Part shown: in pieces, positions 1 to 18,035 of the stretch | How the letters are laid out: each line of letters starts with the position of its first letter | Numbering within the stretch: the first letter of the stretch is position 1 | From: Eledone cirrhosa | Lineage: Eukaryota | NCBI GenBank assembly: GCA_964016885.1 | Contig: OZ024745.1 | Span: forward strand, 70,618,001 to 70,682,000 | DNA length: 64,000 bases | Reading direction: 5' to 3' | Program-made: the position numbers and the translations under genes | Notes under the pieces: model-generated | What the model saw: only the letters and a program-made list of their open reading frames with translations | Database searches by the model: none | What the model was told of the DNA's origin: nothing

Positions 1-1834
1 AAAGCATTATTTTTATTTTTAGGTGGGTAAATCATTTGGTATTCAGCGATGAAAGGTAGAATCAGTAGAGTTGGGGGAGGGGGCAAATTGACTTGCAGTA
101 TTTGTTAAAGCTTTTAAATCTCGCTAAGTTTAATTTTTCAGTTTATCATTCCGGTATCAATAAAACAAAACACTAATCAAAACCTGAGGGTAGGTTCCAT
201 CAATATACTCCCACCCCCATATTGCTGGCCTATTGCCTGAATTAATATCTATTGTTTTACTGTCATCATAGGAAGGGTGAGTTCAGAGCTTTATGCTCAA
301 TCGGTTATTTCTTCAAATTCAACAGATATATCGATATTGTGTGAGGTAGAAGTAGTAATAACGAAATAAAAATATATAAATGAGGTAGAACAGATTAAAC
401 TACAAGAAAAACGATAACAAATTAACTGTTTCGAGCGCAACTTTGGCCTGCTTCATAGGAAATTAAGAAAACTCTCTCATCAAGCAGGATCAATACATGA
501 TATAATATATAGTGATTTTGGACGAGAGGCCAACTAGGTAAATTGGATAGAAGAATAAGTGAAGAAATCTATGATACATGCTATTATATGTAAGTGTATA
601 TATATATCAATGTATGTATGTATGTGTATATCACCAAAATATTGGTCTCTTAGCGTACTTATATAAGATTATGTTTACGTATGCACAAGTGTACACGGGA
701 ACTTAGTGGCTATTTTAGACAGTATAGCGCAAACGAAACGTTAAATCTAGTGTTGCTTAAAACATGGGAAGAAGATAGAAAGAAATACTACAGAATTCTG
801 CTAGAAATCTTACATTTTTTCGGTTCTATGTGACTTGTGATCCATATTGGATTTGCGTGTTTTTAATCTCAAGTAAAATGGTTGATAATTACATGGCAGG
901 ACAGTAGCAGTAGACACACCCCATTACAGAGAAACAATCATTCAAAACGTTCTACAGAGGATACAAAGGAAGTGAAAACCATTTTTTGGAGGAGAAGAAT
1001 TCATGTAAACCTACGAACTCACAAAAAAACGCATAATAATTATTATATCTGAAATTATTTGAATTGTGGAGTTGTTTAAGAGACCTGCTCTATTTTGTGT
1101 AAACATTTCATGTAAAAATTACTATTTTGATGACATAGATGTTTTACACTACAAATACAATTACATAATACTGAAGGTAGTATACACTTTCTATGTATAC
1201 GACTGCTTATAATACAAACAAATATCATCAGCGTCCACGTAACTTCTTCAATGTGAGTATTTTTCTAGAGCCTTCCTTCTTTACTTTCACTAAAATTTGA
1301 ACATATAAACTATTTGTTTATTCTAAATTCCGACCATAACTTAATCGTTTGTTGTAACCGTCCAGTGTTAACTCAGTATAGATATTTAAACAAATCTACC
1401 TAGTGTGGCCTTGGATAATATTACCATTTACAATTGCCATGTTTTCAAATTAAATTAGTTGAACTAACTCAACACAATTCAACTTGTTTCATCGATTAAG
1501 AAGAGTTGAGGGTTTTTTTCTTCCCAATCACTTATTGATAAAGAAAAAAGGTTAAATAAGAAGTTTTGATATCTCATTTGAAGAATCTTTGTAACTTTCA
1601 AAATAGTACAGAAATTTTTGAAAGTAATAGTTTAAGAATCTATTATCACTAACAAACAGGACGATTGATATAAAACAGTTGCTATCGTATTTTTCTTGAA
1701 TAATAAGAGGTATTTGTTACACAACTCCAAATAATTCGGATAACGATTCGCGGGCAGACGATATCTGCTTGGAACTTTCGTGTTGGGAATTTCACAAAAC
1801 TGCAAAAATTGGAAGTATCAAGACTCTAGAGAAG

Positions 1835-1974
1835 ATGACGGAGATAAACGACGATTACGATGCGAGTGATGACATCGATCTCGACCCCATACATATGCAG
1901 GAACGCCTGGAGGATGAAATGAAACGGCGGATGGAAGGCAAAAAGAAAGGGGGTATTAACGCCAGCAAGTTGTT
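1835..1974 (+). CDS. Probable first coding exon of an unidentified gene (MTEINDDYDASDDIDLDPIHMQERLEDEMKRRMEGKKKGGINASKL...), ends in phase 2
   Basis: AAGATGA start context, locally higher GC, protein-like charged sequence, canonical donor TT|GTGAGT at 1975; 140 nt = 46 codons + 2. Confidence 0.7.
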
Positions 1975-2194
1975 GTGAGTCTTTTAGAGTTTGGTTAGTA
2001 AATGTAACGTTGTAGTTTCATGATTTAAATTGTGTGACTGTCACGTCATTACCATTTATTTGTCCTGTCAAAAAAGCAAAAACAATGTGAATTGGTGAAA
2101 GAAATGCATGTATTTGTTGGTCTATGTGAGTGTGTATCCATATCTGTGTGTGCGTCCGCATTTGTCTGTGTGTGTGTCTGTGTTTCTGTGTATG

Positions 2195-2238
<44 letters not shown>

Positions 2239-2377
2239 TCAATGGAAAACTCAAAAGTACTCTTATTACATCAAAAATGTTGTCTACTCTTCCAGTTCCT
2301 CCGAGTGTATAGATTTTAGTATTAAAACATTAGAGGCATAGCAGAAATAGCTGATTACAAACAATTTAATACATAAA

Positions 2378-4835
<2,458 letters not shown>

Positions 4836-5306
4836 TATACATATGAACTTATTGAGTTAATAATGATAGATATAATCCGGCTTCCATTCTCTTGGACAAG
4901 GCTTGAAACAGTATTTATTCTATACAACTAACAGGATTAAGAATATAACTCACATTTTTACTTGATGTATTTAGTATTTCTATATGTTGACGTTATTCTC
5001 ACGAAGAAAAATCGAGGTATACCTATTGATCTATCAACTATGTATATGTATCTTTACATTTCCCTATGTCTTTCCATATTTCCCTCTCTTTCCCTATCTG
5101 CGTATGTATATACCTTATTTTATACACACATTCTAAGAGACTAGAACTGTTTAAAAAGTATAAAGCTGTTCTATTACTATAGAAGTCATTTCTGTATAAA
5201 ACATTAATTTGTATCTTCTTTACTCTACTCTACGGGATGTTCCAAAAAAATGTATACATACTTCACAGCATTCTAATAAATACGTATATATATTTCGGAG
5301 ATACCC

Positions 5307-5349
<43 letters not shown>

Positions 5350-5413
5350 TACCCCAAGTATCGAGTACTCTGGTGGTGTTATGGTTAAGCTGGTTTTTAC
5401 CACACCCTATCTG

Positions 5414-5451
<38 letters not shown>

Positions 5452-5552
5452 TATGTATAATATATATGTATATCATATATACATATATATATATATATAC
5501 ATATATAAATGCACACACACACACATATATATATATATACATACATACATAC

Positions 5553-5604
<52 letters not shown>

Positions 5605-6230
5605 CAAACACACATGTATGTGTGTGTGTTTGTCTGGGTGGGAACCCAGGAAACCCATGTTTTTTCTCTGCACGATGGCAAAGTAAAGCTAAGTCCACAT
5701 GATCAACGTACTTGGTATAGTTATAAGGGTGTTGGACTCACAATTATAACCTGGTCACTTCGAATCAAAGCCTCTTTATATTTTACCTTTCATGGTAGGA
5801 TTTACCTCATATCATTAAAACACCTTCGAAATATTCTAAGAGATACATCACCGTAAAATGCCAGCTAAGTCTGCGTATGTGTGAGACGTAAATGTTCCTT
5901 GTTTACGATACAAACGCTGTCGAAGGCTAGCGATTAACTCAGAAATTAAATGGTCTAGAGAGATATGGAAAGGTGTTCTAAAAAGCCACAACCTGGGTCT
6001 GGTACAATTTTTATTGAAAATGAAATTCTGAATGCCAGAAAACTCGCAGTTATTTTTATCTCGAAGCCAGCCGCCAAAATTATAGCAATATATTTAAATT
6101 TATTTAATTGGAAGCTCTAACGAGATTATCCATTTGCTGCTTTAGATATATATATGTGTGTATACATACATAAGTGTATGTATATATGTATATATATATA
6201 TGTGTGTGTGTGAAAATACATATATATATG

Positions 6231-6278
<48 letters not shown>

Positions 6279-6684
6279 CACTGTATGTATACATTTACTG
6301 TAGTGTAGTTGGTTATATAGAGTGCCTGAACGTCAGACAGATTAAAGTTGAGAACTTTCTTGGAATATACACATTTTGCAATAATCCTATCAGGCAAATC
6401 GCCATTATTCATATATATATTTTGCCAACTGAATTTCCGTTGTGTAAATTAAAAAATAAAAAAAAAATGAGCGACCTCATCGGAAATCTAGAATCAAGAT
6501 GGAATTCAAAGTCAAATACTTTTTGTTTCATTTGACATCATCTTCTTTTCTCTCTATCACCTTATTCAATTGTCGAAAATATTGCAGGAAATTAATTTTC
6601 AGAACATCAATATAGAGCAATACCTATTCCACACTACATATCTCTATATCTATCTATATATATCCATATATATATATATATATT

Positions 6685-6737
<53 letters not shown>

Positions 6738-6755
6738 GTGTGTGTGTGTAAGTGT

Positions 6756-6821
<66 letters not shown>

Positions 6822-7559
6822 AATTATGATTTGATTAAAATTCAATACATACAATTATTCATACATACGCACTAGACGGATATGCCTAAATTATACCCAA
6901 CCTATGTTCAGTAGTATTAATTCATATATCAATATTGTTTACCTACTCTAATATCACGTAGAGCTCTGGCTTGGTATGTGAACTCTCAATCTGTCAACTA
7001 AAAATCAGTTCTTTATGTAACCCCATCCGACATTTGACATATTGAACGATTGCTCTAGCACTGTGTGGCATGCAATTAAAAAATACAATAGGAACCTCTT
7101 GTATTTGGGCCCTATATTTCAATCGTTAGTTAAATATCATATTTTGTAGTATTTATAGATAGGTATTTAAAACGTTTACAATTTCTATTTACTGTTTATA
7201 AGTTCAAATAATGAGAGATGTAGTAAATTGCGAGAAATAGGAAGTGTTTGAAATTTTAAGATACACTTCTATTAAGTTCGTACATCAAATGATGAAACAA
7301 GTAGTTGATGTAAAGTTATTAGAATTGTATTATGACAATCGTTCCTTAGACTAATTACAAAGCATTGACAACGCAGGGGTCACATTTACTGTATATGGGC
7401 TTGTACAATCTGAGTAAAGATTTCCCGTTTACTTTTTACACACAACACATACACGCGCGCGCACATACATACGTGTTCAGGCATCCATTTTGTGTGGGGA
7501 GAGGTGTGTGCATGTGTGTATATATATATATAGTGCGTGTGTATGTATGTATATATATA

Positions 7560-7940
7560 TATTAGGGTAAACATTGATGCAATTCAATTCAAGCACTCAC
7601 CGTACTTTTTCCACATAGGAGTGACGGAGTAAATATCGAATAAGGAAAAGCGAAGTAGTTTCAGATGTTTATTATTAAAGCATTATTATTAAAGGACTTA
7701 AAGGCGGTAAATTGGCAGTATCGGTAGAGGGTCGGACGCCATGCTTTGACGCTTAGAGTTACGGCCCTTCCCATTCTGAGTTCAAATCCCGCCGAGGTTA
7801 ACTTTGCCTTTCATCCTTACGGGGTCGATAAAATAAAGTACCAGTAATGTACTGGGTAATTTGCTGGCCTTGTGCCAATAGTAGAAACAATTTTTATTAA
7901 AAGACTTGAACATCTGAAACTACTTCGCTTTTCCTTATTA
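7560..7940. mobile_element. Fold-back element interrupted by a SINE in its loop
   Basis: Perfect ~30-bp arms aataaggaaaagcgaagtagtttcagatgtt (7639-7669) / 7909-7939; tail runs into (TA)n at 7560. Confidence 0.7.
7703..7893 (+). mobile_element. tRNA-derived SINE, family A (young), with TSD ttattaaaRgactt
   Basis: A box TGGCAGTATCGG, B box GAGTTCAAATCC, conserved core gcctttcatccttacggggtcgataaaataaagtaccag, AATT tail. Confidence 0.92.
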
Positions 7941-8358
7941 TATGTATAGTAAACGAGATGTGGGGAGAGGTAGGATGGAAGAGATGGCAATAAACTGTCA
8001 ATGCTTGTCTCAAATTTCCAGCCATATTAAAGTGTATATATAAATTCTATCGATAAATTATTTGCTATTTGTCATAATAAATATGTACAACTGTTTCCCT
8101 CTCTGAGAGTCTTCACTCTAGCTTATAAACTATTACACATGAGCACACCACTCTTTATATTAACTTTAAACCCTTCCCCTTAGCCCTTCTTACGTATCCG
8201 AGAGAACGACTATGTGTAAATATATATTGTCGTTTGTGATTACGTATATATCTATATATGTATGTATGAATATATGTATATATTTATACATATATATATA
8301 CGTACATACATAATAGATACATACATACATATATACATACATGCATACATACATTACC

Positions 8359-8397
<39 letters not shown>

Positions 8398-8456
8398 GTA
8401 GCCATAAACGGCAATGCTATATATATATAGATATACGTAGCCATAAACGGCAATGC

Positions 8457-8503
<47 letters not shown>

Positions 8504-9893
8504 ATAAGCTGTAATTAGTTGCTTGTTTGCTTGCACATTATTATTAATATCATTCATCATTGTACATAGTTGAAAATAGAAATAATGTGATATTTTAGAA
8601 TTCTTTCAAGTTTAAGTATTCTAGAATCTTGTGAGTCGTATTTAATTTTCACATAATCATCCTTTAGTATTTATTATTTATCATTTTAAGTATAAATATA
8701 ACAGGAAACACGCCAAATATATCATATTTTTCCATAGATCCCGATGGAATATTTCTGTTTGGTCATATACAATTATATTTGCAATGATGAGATGAATTAC
8801 TTATTAAAATCTGTTACATAAAATAACAATTTCGCCAATCGATAGACTGATCTCATTAGCAGCGAAGATTTATTTAAAATTAATATATGTCTGAACTTGT
8901 CTTCAAATAGAACCTCTTCATTATTAATGATTTCTTATATAAGCACAAGTCTACAGATTATTGTTGTTGATTCAATATAGTCAAATGGCTAAGAGGTTCG
9001 CTTCGCAATCAATAAGTCCCAGCTCCGGGCCCATTTTTGGACACAATTAGCATGCATCGTTTATCATAATCTTGTGATTGAGATTGGATGGATGGAAACC
9101 TTGTCACACTGTCACGCCAAATCTGACAATTGTGCTAAGGATACACGTGTCTAATCAATGTTCAACTATATACACGTGAAATTCAAGAGCATGCTGTTCC
9201 ATTAATCGTACAACTGGAACAATTATTTCTTAAGCCGGTGGAGATACATTCCATGATTTTTTTTGTTATTTTTGTTTCTGTTCAGCAACAGATGTCTTCT
9301 AATCAAAGAGACGTAGGAACAAACAGTTTTGTCATGGCCATCCCATCTTATCTTCAAATACTTATTTGCAAGTGTAAGAAAGGGACATAACTCTAATATA
9401 ATTTTTAAACATTTTCCGAGAATGATTTTTATTAACCGAAAATTGAATAAGGGTAAAGGATTGATTGCGATGTTTGTATTTTTTAGGATAATTGACTGAA
9501 ATATGTAAAATATGATGTCTTATTAGTGTATATCAAACACAGTTAATGATACAAATGAAATTAATCTTCGTCGGTTTCGACAAGGAATATTCTAGTGGTT
9601 CGATAAACAGAAAAGCCTACTGGTCTTATTGACGTAGCAGCGTATTCCTCAGACATCTGTTGTCTTAACATAGGTTTCAAGCAGATTCGGTATGACATAG
9701 TGAGTTGCAAGTTCGGATTTTTGAATTGTAGATGCAGCCCATTCAATGGGGTTCCAAACACTTCCCATCGGAACAATGTCAATAACAAGCACATTTGATC
9801 GCAGCGGAATTTGACGTGAGAACATAACGAACCGCAACAAATACTGCGAATCACTTTCTACATCTCTCTACCGATTCTGCCAATCCACAGCCC

Positions 9894-9933
<40 letters not shown>

Positions 9934-10117
9934 TGTTTCTACTTTAGGCACAAGGCCAGCAATTAACCAGTGCATTACTGGTACTTTATTTTATCGACCC
10001 CGTAAGGATGAAAGGCAAAGTCAACCTTGGCGGGATTTGAACTCAGATCGTAAAGGGACGTAACTATGCTGGAAAGCATGGCGTCCGACCCTCTACCGAT
10101 ACTGCTATCCACCGCCC
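9894..10117 (-). mobile_element. SINE family A with (ATT)n tail
   Basis: Full-length reverse-complement copy. Confidence 0.92.
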
Positions 10118-10504
10118 TTTATAATAATAATAATAATAATAATACAAGGCCGTTACAATTCCAGTAATTGTGGGAGGACTGGGAATGATCAAGAAAGGAG
10201 CAGAACAATATTTGCGAATGATCCCTGGTTTACCCTCTCTGCACGAGGTGCAAAAAATTGTTTTGACTGGTACTGCACACGTATTGAGAAGAGCACTATC
10301 TCTGTAAGATTGAGTATCCCTCCTTGTATTTACATATGCATATGCACATGTGTATATATGTATACTGATTTTTTTTTTTATTATTATAATCAATGTGCTG
10401 TATTAACTAGCTTACCAATGCACACTGTGAATTTATTTGCCCTAGGTGTCAGAAAGACACTCGGCATATTTCTCAGAAACAATAATGGACGAAAATAAAA
10501 ATGA

Positions 10505-10720
10505 TAATAATAATAATAATAATAATGATAATAATAATTGTTTCTACTTTAGGCACAAGGCCAGCAATTATCCAGTGCATTACTGGTACTTTATGTTATC
10601 GACCCCGTAAGGATGAAAGGCAAAGTCAACCTCGGCGGGATTTGAACTCAGATCGTAAAGGGACGTAACTATGCTAGAAAGCATGGCGCCCGACCCTCTA
10701 CCGATACTCCCAATCCACCG
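10505..10720 (-). mobile_element. SINE family A
   Basis: Near full-length reverse copy with (ATT)n tail. Confidence 0.92.
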
Positions 10721-11739
10721 TGATAATAAATTACTTCAATTGTTCCCAGTCTCCATTCATTCATCGATTTATGGTGAAACGTCTACGAAGGATATGAAAG
10801 CAAGTCCTATCTACTGATAGTCTTATATACTATGTAATCAGTCGTGTTGTCCTTTCATGCATTCTTAGGGAAGAGATTAAATAGCTTTGAGTGATTAATG
10901 GCTATTTCTATGGCACCTGATTATTATCTGTTGATATGACAATGTAGCAAACTTTAATTCTAAATAAACATCAACGTTGTGTAGTCTTCCTTGAAACATG
11001 AACCTTCATATCATTGTCAGTTTCTATCTACATAAGGAATGTAATCTGCTCAGACTTAAGAAAGCAAACTGTGGTTTGGGTTCAATGCAGATTTTGTATA
11101 TCTTCATTATAAGTAGATTATTTCCCAGTGCAATACTCTTGACATATAATCGCACAATAATTTTAAAAAAATGTAGTTACCCATTAATGATAATGAAAGG
11201 TAAAAGTGAAATCAGGTATTTCTGGGGAAGAGTCGGGAAACTAATAATTTGTATGTTATTTATTATATTGATTTCATCCCATTAACGTAGAAATTCCTAA
11301 ATATTGTTAGAGATCTTTCTAATAGATATTACACCATATCAACCTCTTTACAGGGATTGTTCGTATCTGAAATAGTATAGTTGTTACAACATAGAGTCAT
11401 GTACAACATATAGCGGTGAATTGGCAGAACAATTAGAAAGTCGGACACAAATAGCTCGGGCTTGTTTGTGTCGGCTCTGTAAATTCTGTCTTCAAAATCT
11501 TGCGAAAGTCAGCTTTACATTCTATACATTTGGGGTCGATAAACTATAGTGTCATTTAATTAATGAGGACGAATTAAATAGGCAATTTAGTACAACACCA
11601 CATCGATATTATTTGTAATATCCAATGTGACTACCAACACAACACACGAATACACATTCGATCACACATATTTTCTGTTCTCACATTCCCTCACATGCAC
11701 CTAAACTCAATAAAATGCATTCACACATATGTGTGTGTT

Positions 11740-12060
11740 GGATTTCCGTCTGTTCCAACGACGAGTGTTCTAATTGTTTGATCAATGAAACAATGCTCAG
11801 GAAATTAAGGTTCACGTGAATGTGCATGGCACGCACACGCGCATATCCTAAACGTTCTTCTCATGAAGATTGAGCATGATACTGCGCATTATCATTGAAT
11901 TACGGTTATAAGTTATATCTAATGTTTTGTAACTGAGTGAACTGGAGTAATACAAGATAAATTGTTTTAATCAAAAATATAACGTGTCGCAGAGAATCGA
12001 ACTCATATACTTATGAACGTGAGCAAAATACCCTAAACATTAAGGCATGCGCTGTCACGC
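11740..12060. repeat. Old dispersed repeat (relatives ~9100-9240, ~9590-9760, ~15000-15160, ~28140-28310, ~41240-41500)
   Basis: Recurring degenerate motif tgatcaa..gaacagcc.gctcgtgaaattaa..tgca...cttaacgtagttctc...gagattcagc.tgacacag. Confidence 0.55.
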
Positions 12061-13844
12061 CCACTCACGCACACTCGAAGGAAATGTCACTAAAAGAATG
12101 ATAACACAAAGAATAAGAAGAGTTTCATGTCAGTAAAGTGAGGCTGCAGCCATATGATTTATAGTAGTGCTTTTAGATTTGATTTGGTAAAACATGTCAA
12201 AGAAAAAACAAAAACAGGTTACAACAGTTTATATAACTCAATAATTATTTACAGGTGATGCTAAAAGATTTACTAATGTTTACTTTTATACTGAGAGTGG
12301 AGCAAGTAAAAAATCGAAAACAGAAATGAAACAAGCAGCTATATCTGATCAATTTATATATTGATATTTGCAAAGAACAGACAATAACTTGATTATTGTT
12401 TCTCATCCGATATTTTCCAATTTATTTTGTTGGCAGCAGCATTTGTAGTAGTTTTTACAAATGACATATAATAATATAGAGATATACATATATATATTAA
12501 ATTCTGCCAACAGATATCGAATTCAATGCGAATCCTAGAATATTCCATAAAGCATGTTGATATGCACTTTTCTCTAAGATCAACATAATTCTAGGGCATT
12601 GGTCTCGAGTGCACTTACGCTCTTTGATCTATATATATGTATATATATATATAAGCGCTACACACTGTGCACTTTTCGCTTTTCTAATTATTGGTTTCTA
12701 TTCCACAAAGATTCGGGAAAATAAATAATTACTGCCAACGCAAATTTTCAACGAGACATTACACATACACTTAACTCTGGGATATTAACAAAACATAACC
12801 GTTAATGAAAATGTAAATTTTTGAAGAAACCATCTTAAATAGCAATAATGAACAACTACTAGCACCAAACTCTGCAAAGTTTAGAAATCAGTGTAAGGAA
12901 GTAGAAGAAAAGAGACTAAACATAAACTTCCTTGTTTTTGATGACGTGGAGGGGGACATTTTGATCGTTTACACTTGTGTTCAAATTCTTATATTATGAC
13001 CAAAACTTTGAAAAGTCAATCAATCTTTAGCTTGCTTAACCTATGATATCGGTTGTTTTTGCCCTGAATTGAAAGTGAGAGACTTCATTATGATGAAACA
13101 CTACTTGAATCAACTGATATCTTTTGATGTCAAAAATCCATGAAGCGAATTGATCAATTTCAGAAACTAATGACTACCGGCTGTTTAGAAATAGGTTTAT
13201 GATAATTTTAGAAATTTTACAGATAGTTTTTGGTTAATTATCTGCCTTTCATTCCTTGAGCTGTTTTAAAACTTAAAAGTATGCGGTAAGTTAGATTATT
13301 TTTCCCTTTTCAGTAAATTTGGAGACCATTTCTTTGTTGTTCATTCTTTAATATGTTTGTACACACAGCAATTATACTACGATATATTACACACCTCCAT
13401 GAATACATACATATACGTATTTTCTTTTAACATTTGCTTACCAACTAAAAATTATTATTTATTTAATTACCTAGCTATTTTCTCTCTTAAAGTTTCGTAG
13501 ATTATTCGACTCATTACAATAAAACCTCGATGTTGACATTAACCCCTTTAGATTAATTTAACAAATCAGCAATAGTATAGATTTTTGAAAGAAGTAATAA
13601 TGTCTTGTAAGACTATCGTTCCACAATACGCAATTTCCTCTGTGTAGTAGTTTTTCACGACACACTCCTGTTAAGAAATACGTATATATAATTATGTATA
13701 TATCTATGTATCTTTGTATCTATATGTACCTTCTAAGCATACATATATGTTAAAAGAATATGTATACACAATTATGTATATATGTATGTATCTCTGTACA
13801 TATATGTAGTTATCTAAGCATACATGACTCAAGATAGAACCAGT

Positions 13845-13979
13845 TTAAAACTAGTTAAATCATTACTCAACAGAGTACTCGATACTTGGTGTAGTAGGGT
13901 ATGGCTATATTATAAAAGGTCGGGACCCTGAGTTCAACGGCAAGTGCTTAGCCGTCGGGTCTCGACTCTTTATAATATA
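13845..13979. mobile_element. Diverged family X relative (further fragments at 5347-5415 and 61575-61600)
   Basis: Shared agagtactcgatacttgg..gtagta and agccgtcggg motifs; arms tatattataaaaggtcgggacc / ggtctcgactctttataatata. Confidence 0.65.
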
Positions 13980-14245
13980 AGCGTACATATGTATCTATTT
14001 CTGATTAACCTCTCAATAGTAACAGAAAATATGTAATAGATTGCATTTAAGATTATGTTTTGTGATAAATGAAATTATACGAAGTCAATGGTAGTGTGTG
14101 TATTGAACAGCCATTGTGTGTATGTCTGTGTGTGTATGCATGTGTGGGTATTTATGTGTGAATTGCAATGCAATCAAACAATACTCAATATTCAGATTTA
14201 TTTAAAATTAATCTACGTTCATCCCTACATATAGGTATGCATATA

Positions 14246-14300
<55 letters not shown>

Positions 14301-14332
14301 ATGTGTGTGTGGGTGTATACCTACCTATATAT

Positions 14333-14386
<54 letters not shown>

Positions 14387-14410
14387 ATACCTACCTATAT
14401 ATATACACAG

Positions 14411-14492
<82 letters not shown>

Positions 14493-14514
14493 ATACCTAC
14501 CTATATATATATAT

Positions 14515-14561
<47 letters not shown>

Positions 14562-15401
14562 TATGTCTTCTTAGCTAGGATTTATTGGTCTACTACTATA
14601 CGTCTCCCTCTTCATGCCACTTCCATTTCTTCGTGTCCATTGCCATTCTTGTTCAAACTTGTACGGCGGTTTGATCACCTTCATGTATGCACTGATGTTC
14701 TCTCCAAGCTCCTCTTATTATTGCCTCTCCACCCAAATAATACATATATGAATATATGCACATGTGTTATCGTATTTCCCATGTATTCAACAATCAGCCT
14801 CATTGTCTTCGACCAAAACCACTCATAACTAGTATTCCAATGCCATAACTATTATTGTGAAGGCTCATAAAATAGGGATTAGTATATTGAACACACTATT
14901 GTAAGGTCGTGTGTTTGATTCCCGGTTGCGCTTAAAATCTTTGAACAACAAAAAAAAAACATTATTTCACGTTGCTCAGTAGAGCAAAACTGAGTTCTAC
15001 CTGTAATACAATCTACCGACCTCTTCATACATTATATCACGCTAAATCTACCCTAGAACTACGTCATGGTTACACGCGCCTGCATATTGCTCACTTTCAC
15101 CCTTAATTTCATGAGTAGGCTGTTATTTTGTTCAAACAACTAGAACACTCTTCGTTTGTATAAATACATACATACGGTCATATACACAGATATACGAACA
15201 TGTCGTCTCTCATACACCTTTATTAATAATTAATTGTTTCTACGTTAGGCACAAGACCAGCAACTACCCAGTGCATTACTGGTACTTTATTAATAATTAA
15301 TATTTAATTATTTCAGTTACTCTTTTTCATATTAGAAATAACGAAATGGAATAAATCCATCTTTGGAGATTAGTGATAATCTCCGTCGGCAAATATTAAA
15401 C

Positions 15402-15948
<547 letters not shown>

Positions 15949-17270
15949 GGGAGAGATGCATACCTATATGAAGTGACGAACGTAGATTAATTTTAAATAA
16001 ATCTGAATATTGAGTATTGTTTGATTGCATTGCAATTCACACATAAATACCCACACATGCATACACACACAGACATACACATATGAGTCACACCTAAACA
16101 GGTTTCACCGGCTTCCTGTAAGATTGCATCTCATACAAGGTTTAATGATAAGAGTCCATCCTGTTATTTTTCCTGTGACATGAAACGTGATTTATGCTCA
16201 GGGCGTACGGAGACGGACAGATATCATATAGTTTTCTTGGCTGCTACATTATTTATCGACTCTAAATGAATGAAAGGCAATATTGAACATAATTGGTTTT
16301 GAACTCAAACTGCATAAAAACTGAACCAAATCATTTAACTCTCAACATCGTGTAATGTTTTATTAGATAATATTTAAAAAATGATGTTAATTCAAATGTT
16401 TATAGTGTTATTACTAATGAATAGATCATAATAAAAAAATTGCTATCTGAGATTAAAGGCTTTATTTTTTGATGCGATGCCGTTATTTTAATTTCTCAGA
16501 ACGTCTTGCTAAAAGAGTTGCATGTGGTACAAGACATTGAGGGATAATGCGACGCCCTGTCAGAACTTTCAATTCTCCGCTGATTAAATACACAGTGAGA
16601 ATATGTCAGTTTGCCGTGAATATTAGACGTATTAGGTTTCTTCTGTTATGAAGTAGCCTACAGGAAACATCAGAACTTTTGTCTTCCTCGTGGCAAACAA
16701 AACAACTTTGAGAAATGTTTATATTAGTAATTATGGTTCGTTGTAGCAAGCTGATTATTGGGAAATATATAACATTAACGTAATAGTTGTTGCTGTCTCT
16801 GTTGATATTTAGCCCAAAGCTAGCCATGATTAAAGAAATTCAAGCAGCGATAATCCTATCTTCTGCTTCAGACGAAGTAAATCTAGGATTACATTTTCAA
16901 ATTCGACTTTTTTCTATTTGCATTTATTTTATAAGATGGACTATATTTGAAAGAGATTTGGAGGGTACTTCTAGCATGTTGTGCCAAGGCACAGAAAATC
17001 TGTCTTGGCATGAGGAGAAATGAAATTTATTCTTTTGAAGCGAGAAGTCTCGTTTTAACACATTCATTTTCTTTTTCGTAAGAATACAATAAGTAGATAT
17101 ATGGTTAACGTGTTCGCTTCTCAATTATATACTTTCTTGATCATTCTCAATGCCTAGTAATTTGAGCAAGTGTCTTCTACTGGAGCTGTGTTAGCAGCAG
17201 GATGACACAATAGCTAAAATTTGTAGAAACTGCTACATTTATCGTCAAAAATGTACATACACCCGCACAC

Positions 17271-17391
<121 letters not shown>

Positions 17392-17589
17392 GTTTCACAT
17401 TAAGGCCTTTCTATCTACAGACATGTTAATCAAGCAAAGCCAACCTCTCATATATATACATATATATATATATATGAATATATATACATATATATATATA
17501 TAAATATATATACATATATATATATATATAAATATATATACATATATATATATATAAATATATATACATATATATACATATATATATAC

Positions 17590-17656
<67 letters not shown>

Positions 17657-17675
17657 GTATATATATATACATATA

Positions 17676-18035
17676 TATTGGTATATTTGAGGATGGTCAT
17701 GTTGCAAGATTGCCAATAAAAAGAAACACGCACACCATAAGGTTTTTATATTTTTCATTTTCATTTTGTTACTAGTTATTCGTTATTTCGTCAAAGTTCT
17801 GTCACAAATTATGTGACCTCTTCAATGACTATCTATTCTCTTTTGTGCCTTCATAAAGAATGTGTAACGAAAGAACTTAGACGAAAAACGAATAACCAGT
17901 AATTTAGATAAAGTGAAAAAGGGAAAATCAATTTGTACATGTGTTAACTTCTATTTGCAAAACCGGCAATATAACCATCCCCAAATATAAAGATATCTGT
18001 TTCAACACACGATTTCACATCAAGAATCTGGCCAA
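17676..18035. mobile_element. Old diverged fold-back relative of the same PLE tail family, with a hammerhead relic (TTGAAGA..GAAA, - strand, ~17780-17830)
   Basis: Arms share gaacttYgacgaaa..cgaataacYagtaa and accatccYcaaatata; 17960-18035 resembles the reverse complement of 56467-56550. Confidence 0.6.

Noticed and set aside
7703-7795. tRNA gene
   Set aside because: A/B boxes belong to a dispersed SINE head; no complete cloverleaf
12254-12364. Possible exon after tttacag (DAKRFTNVYFYTESG..)
   Set aside because: Phase incompatible with the 1974 donor (immediate TGA) and no clear donor
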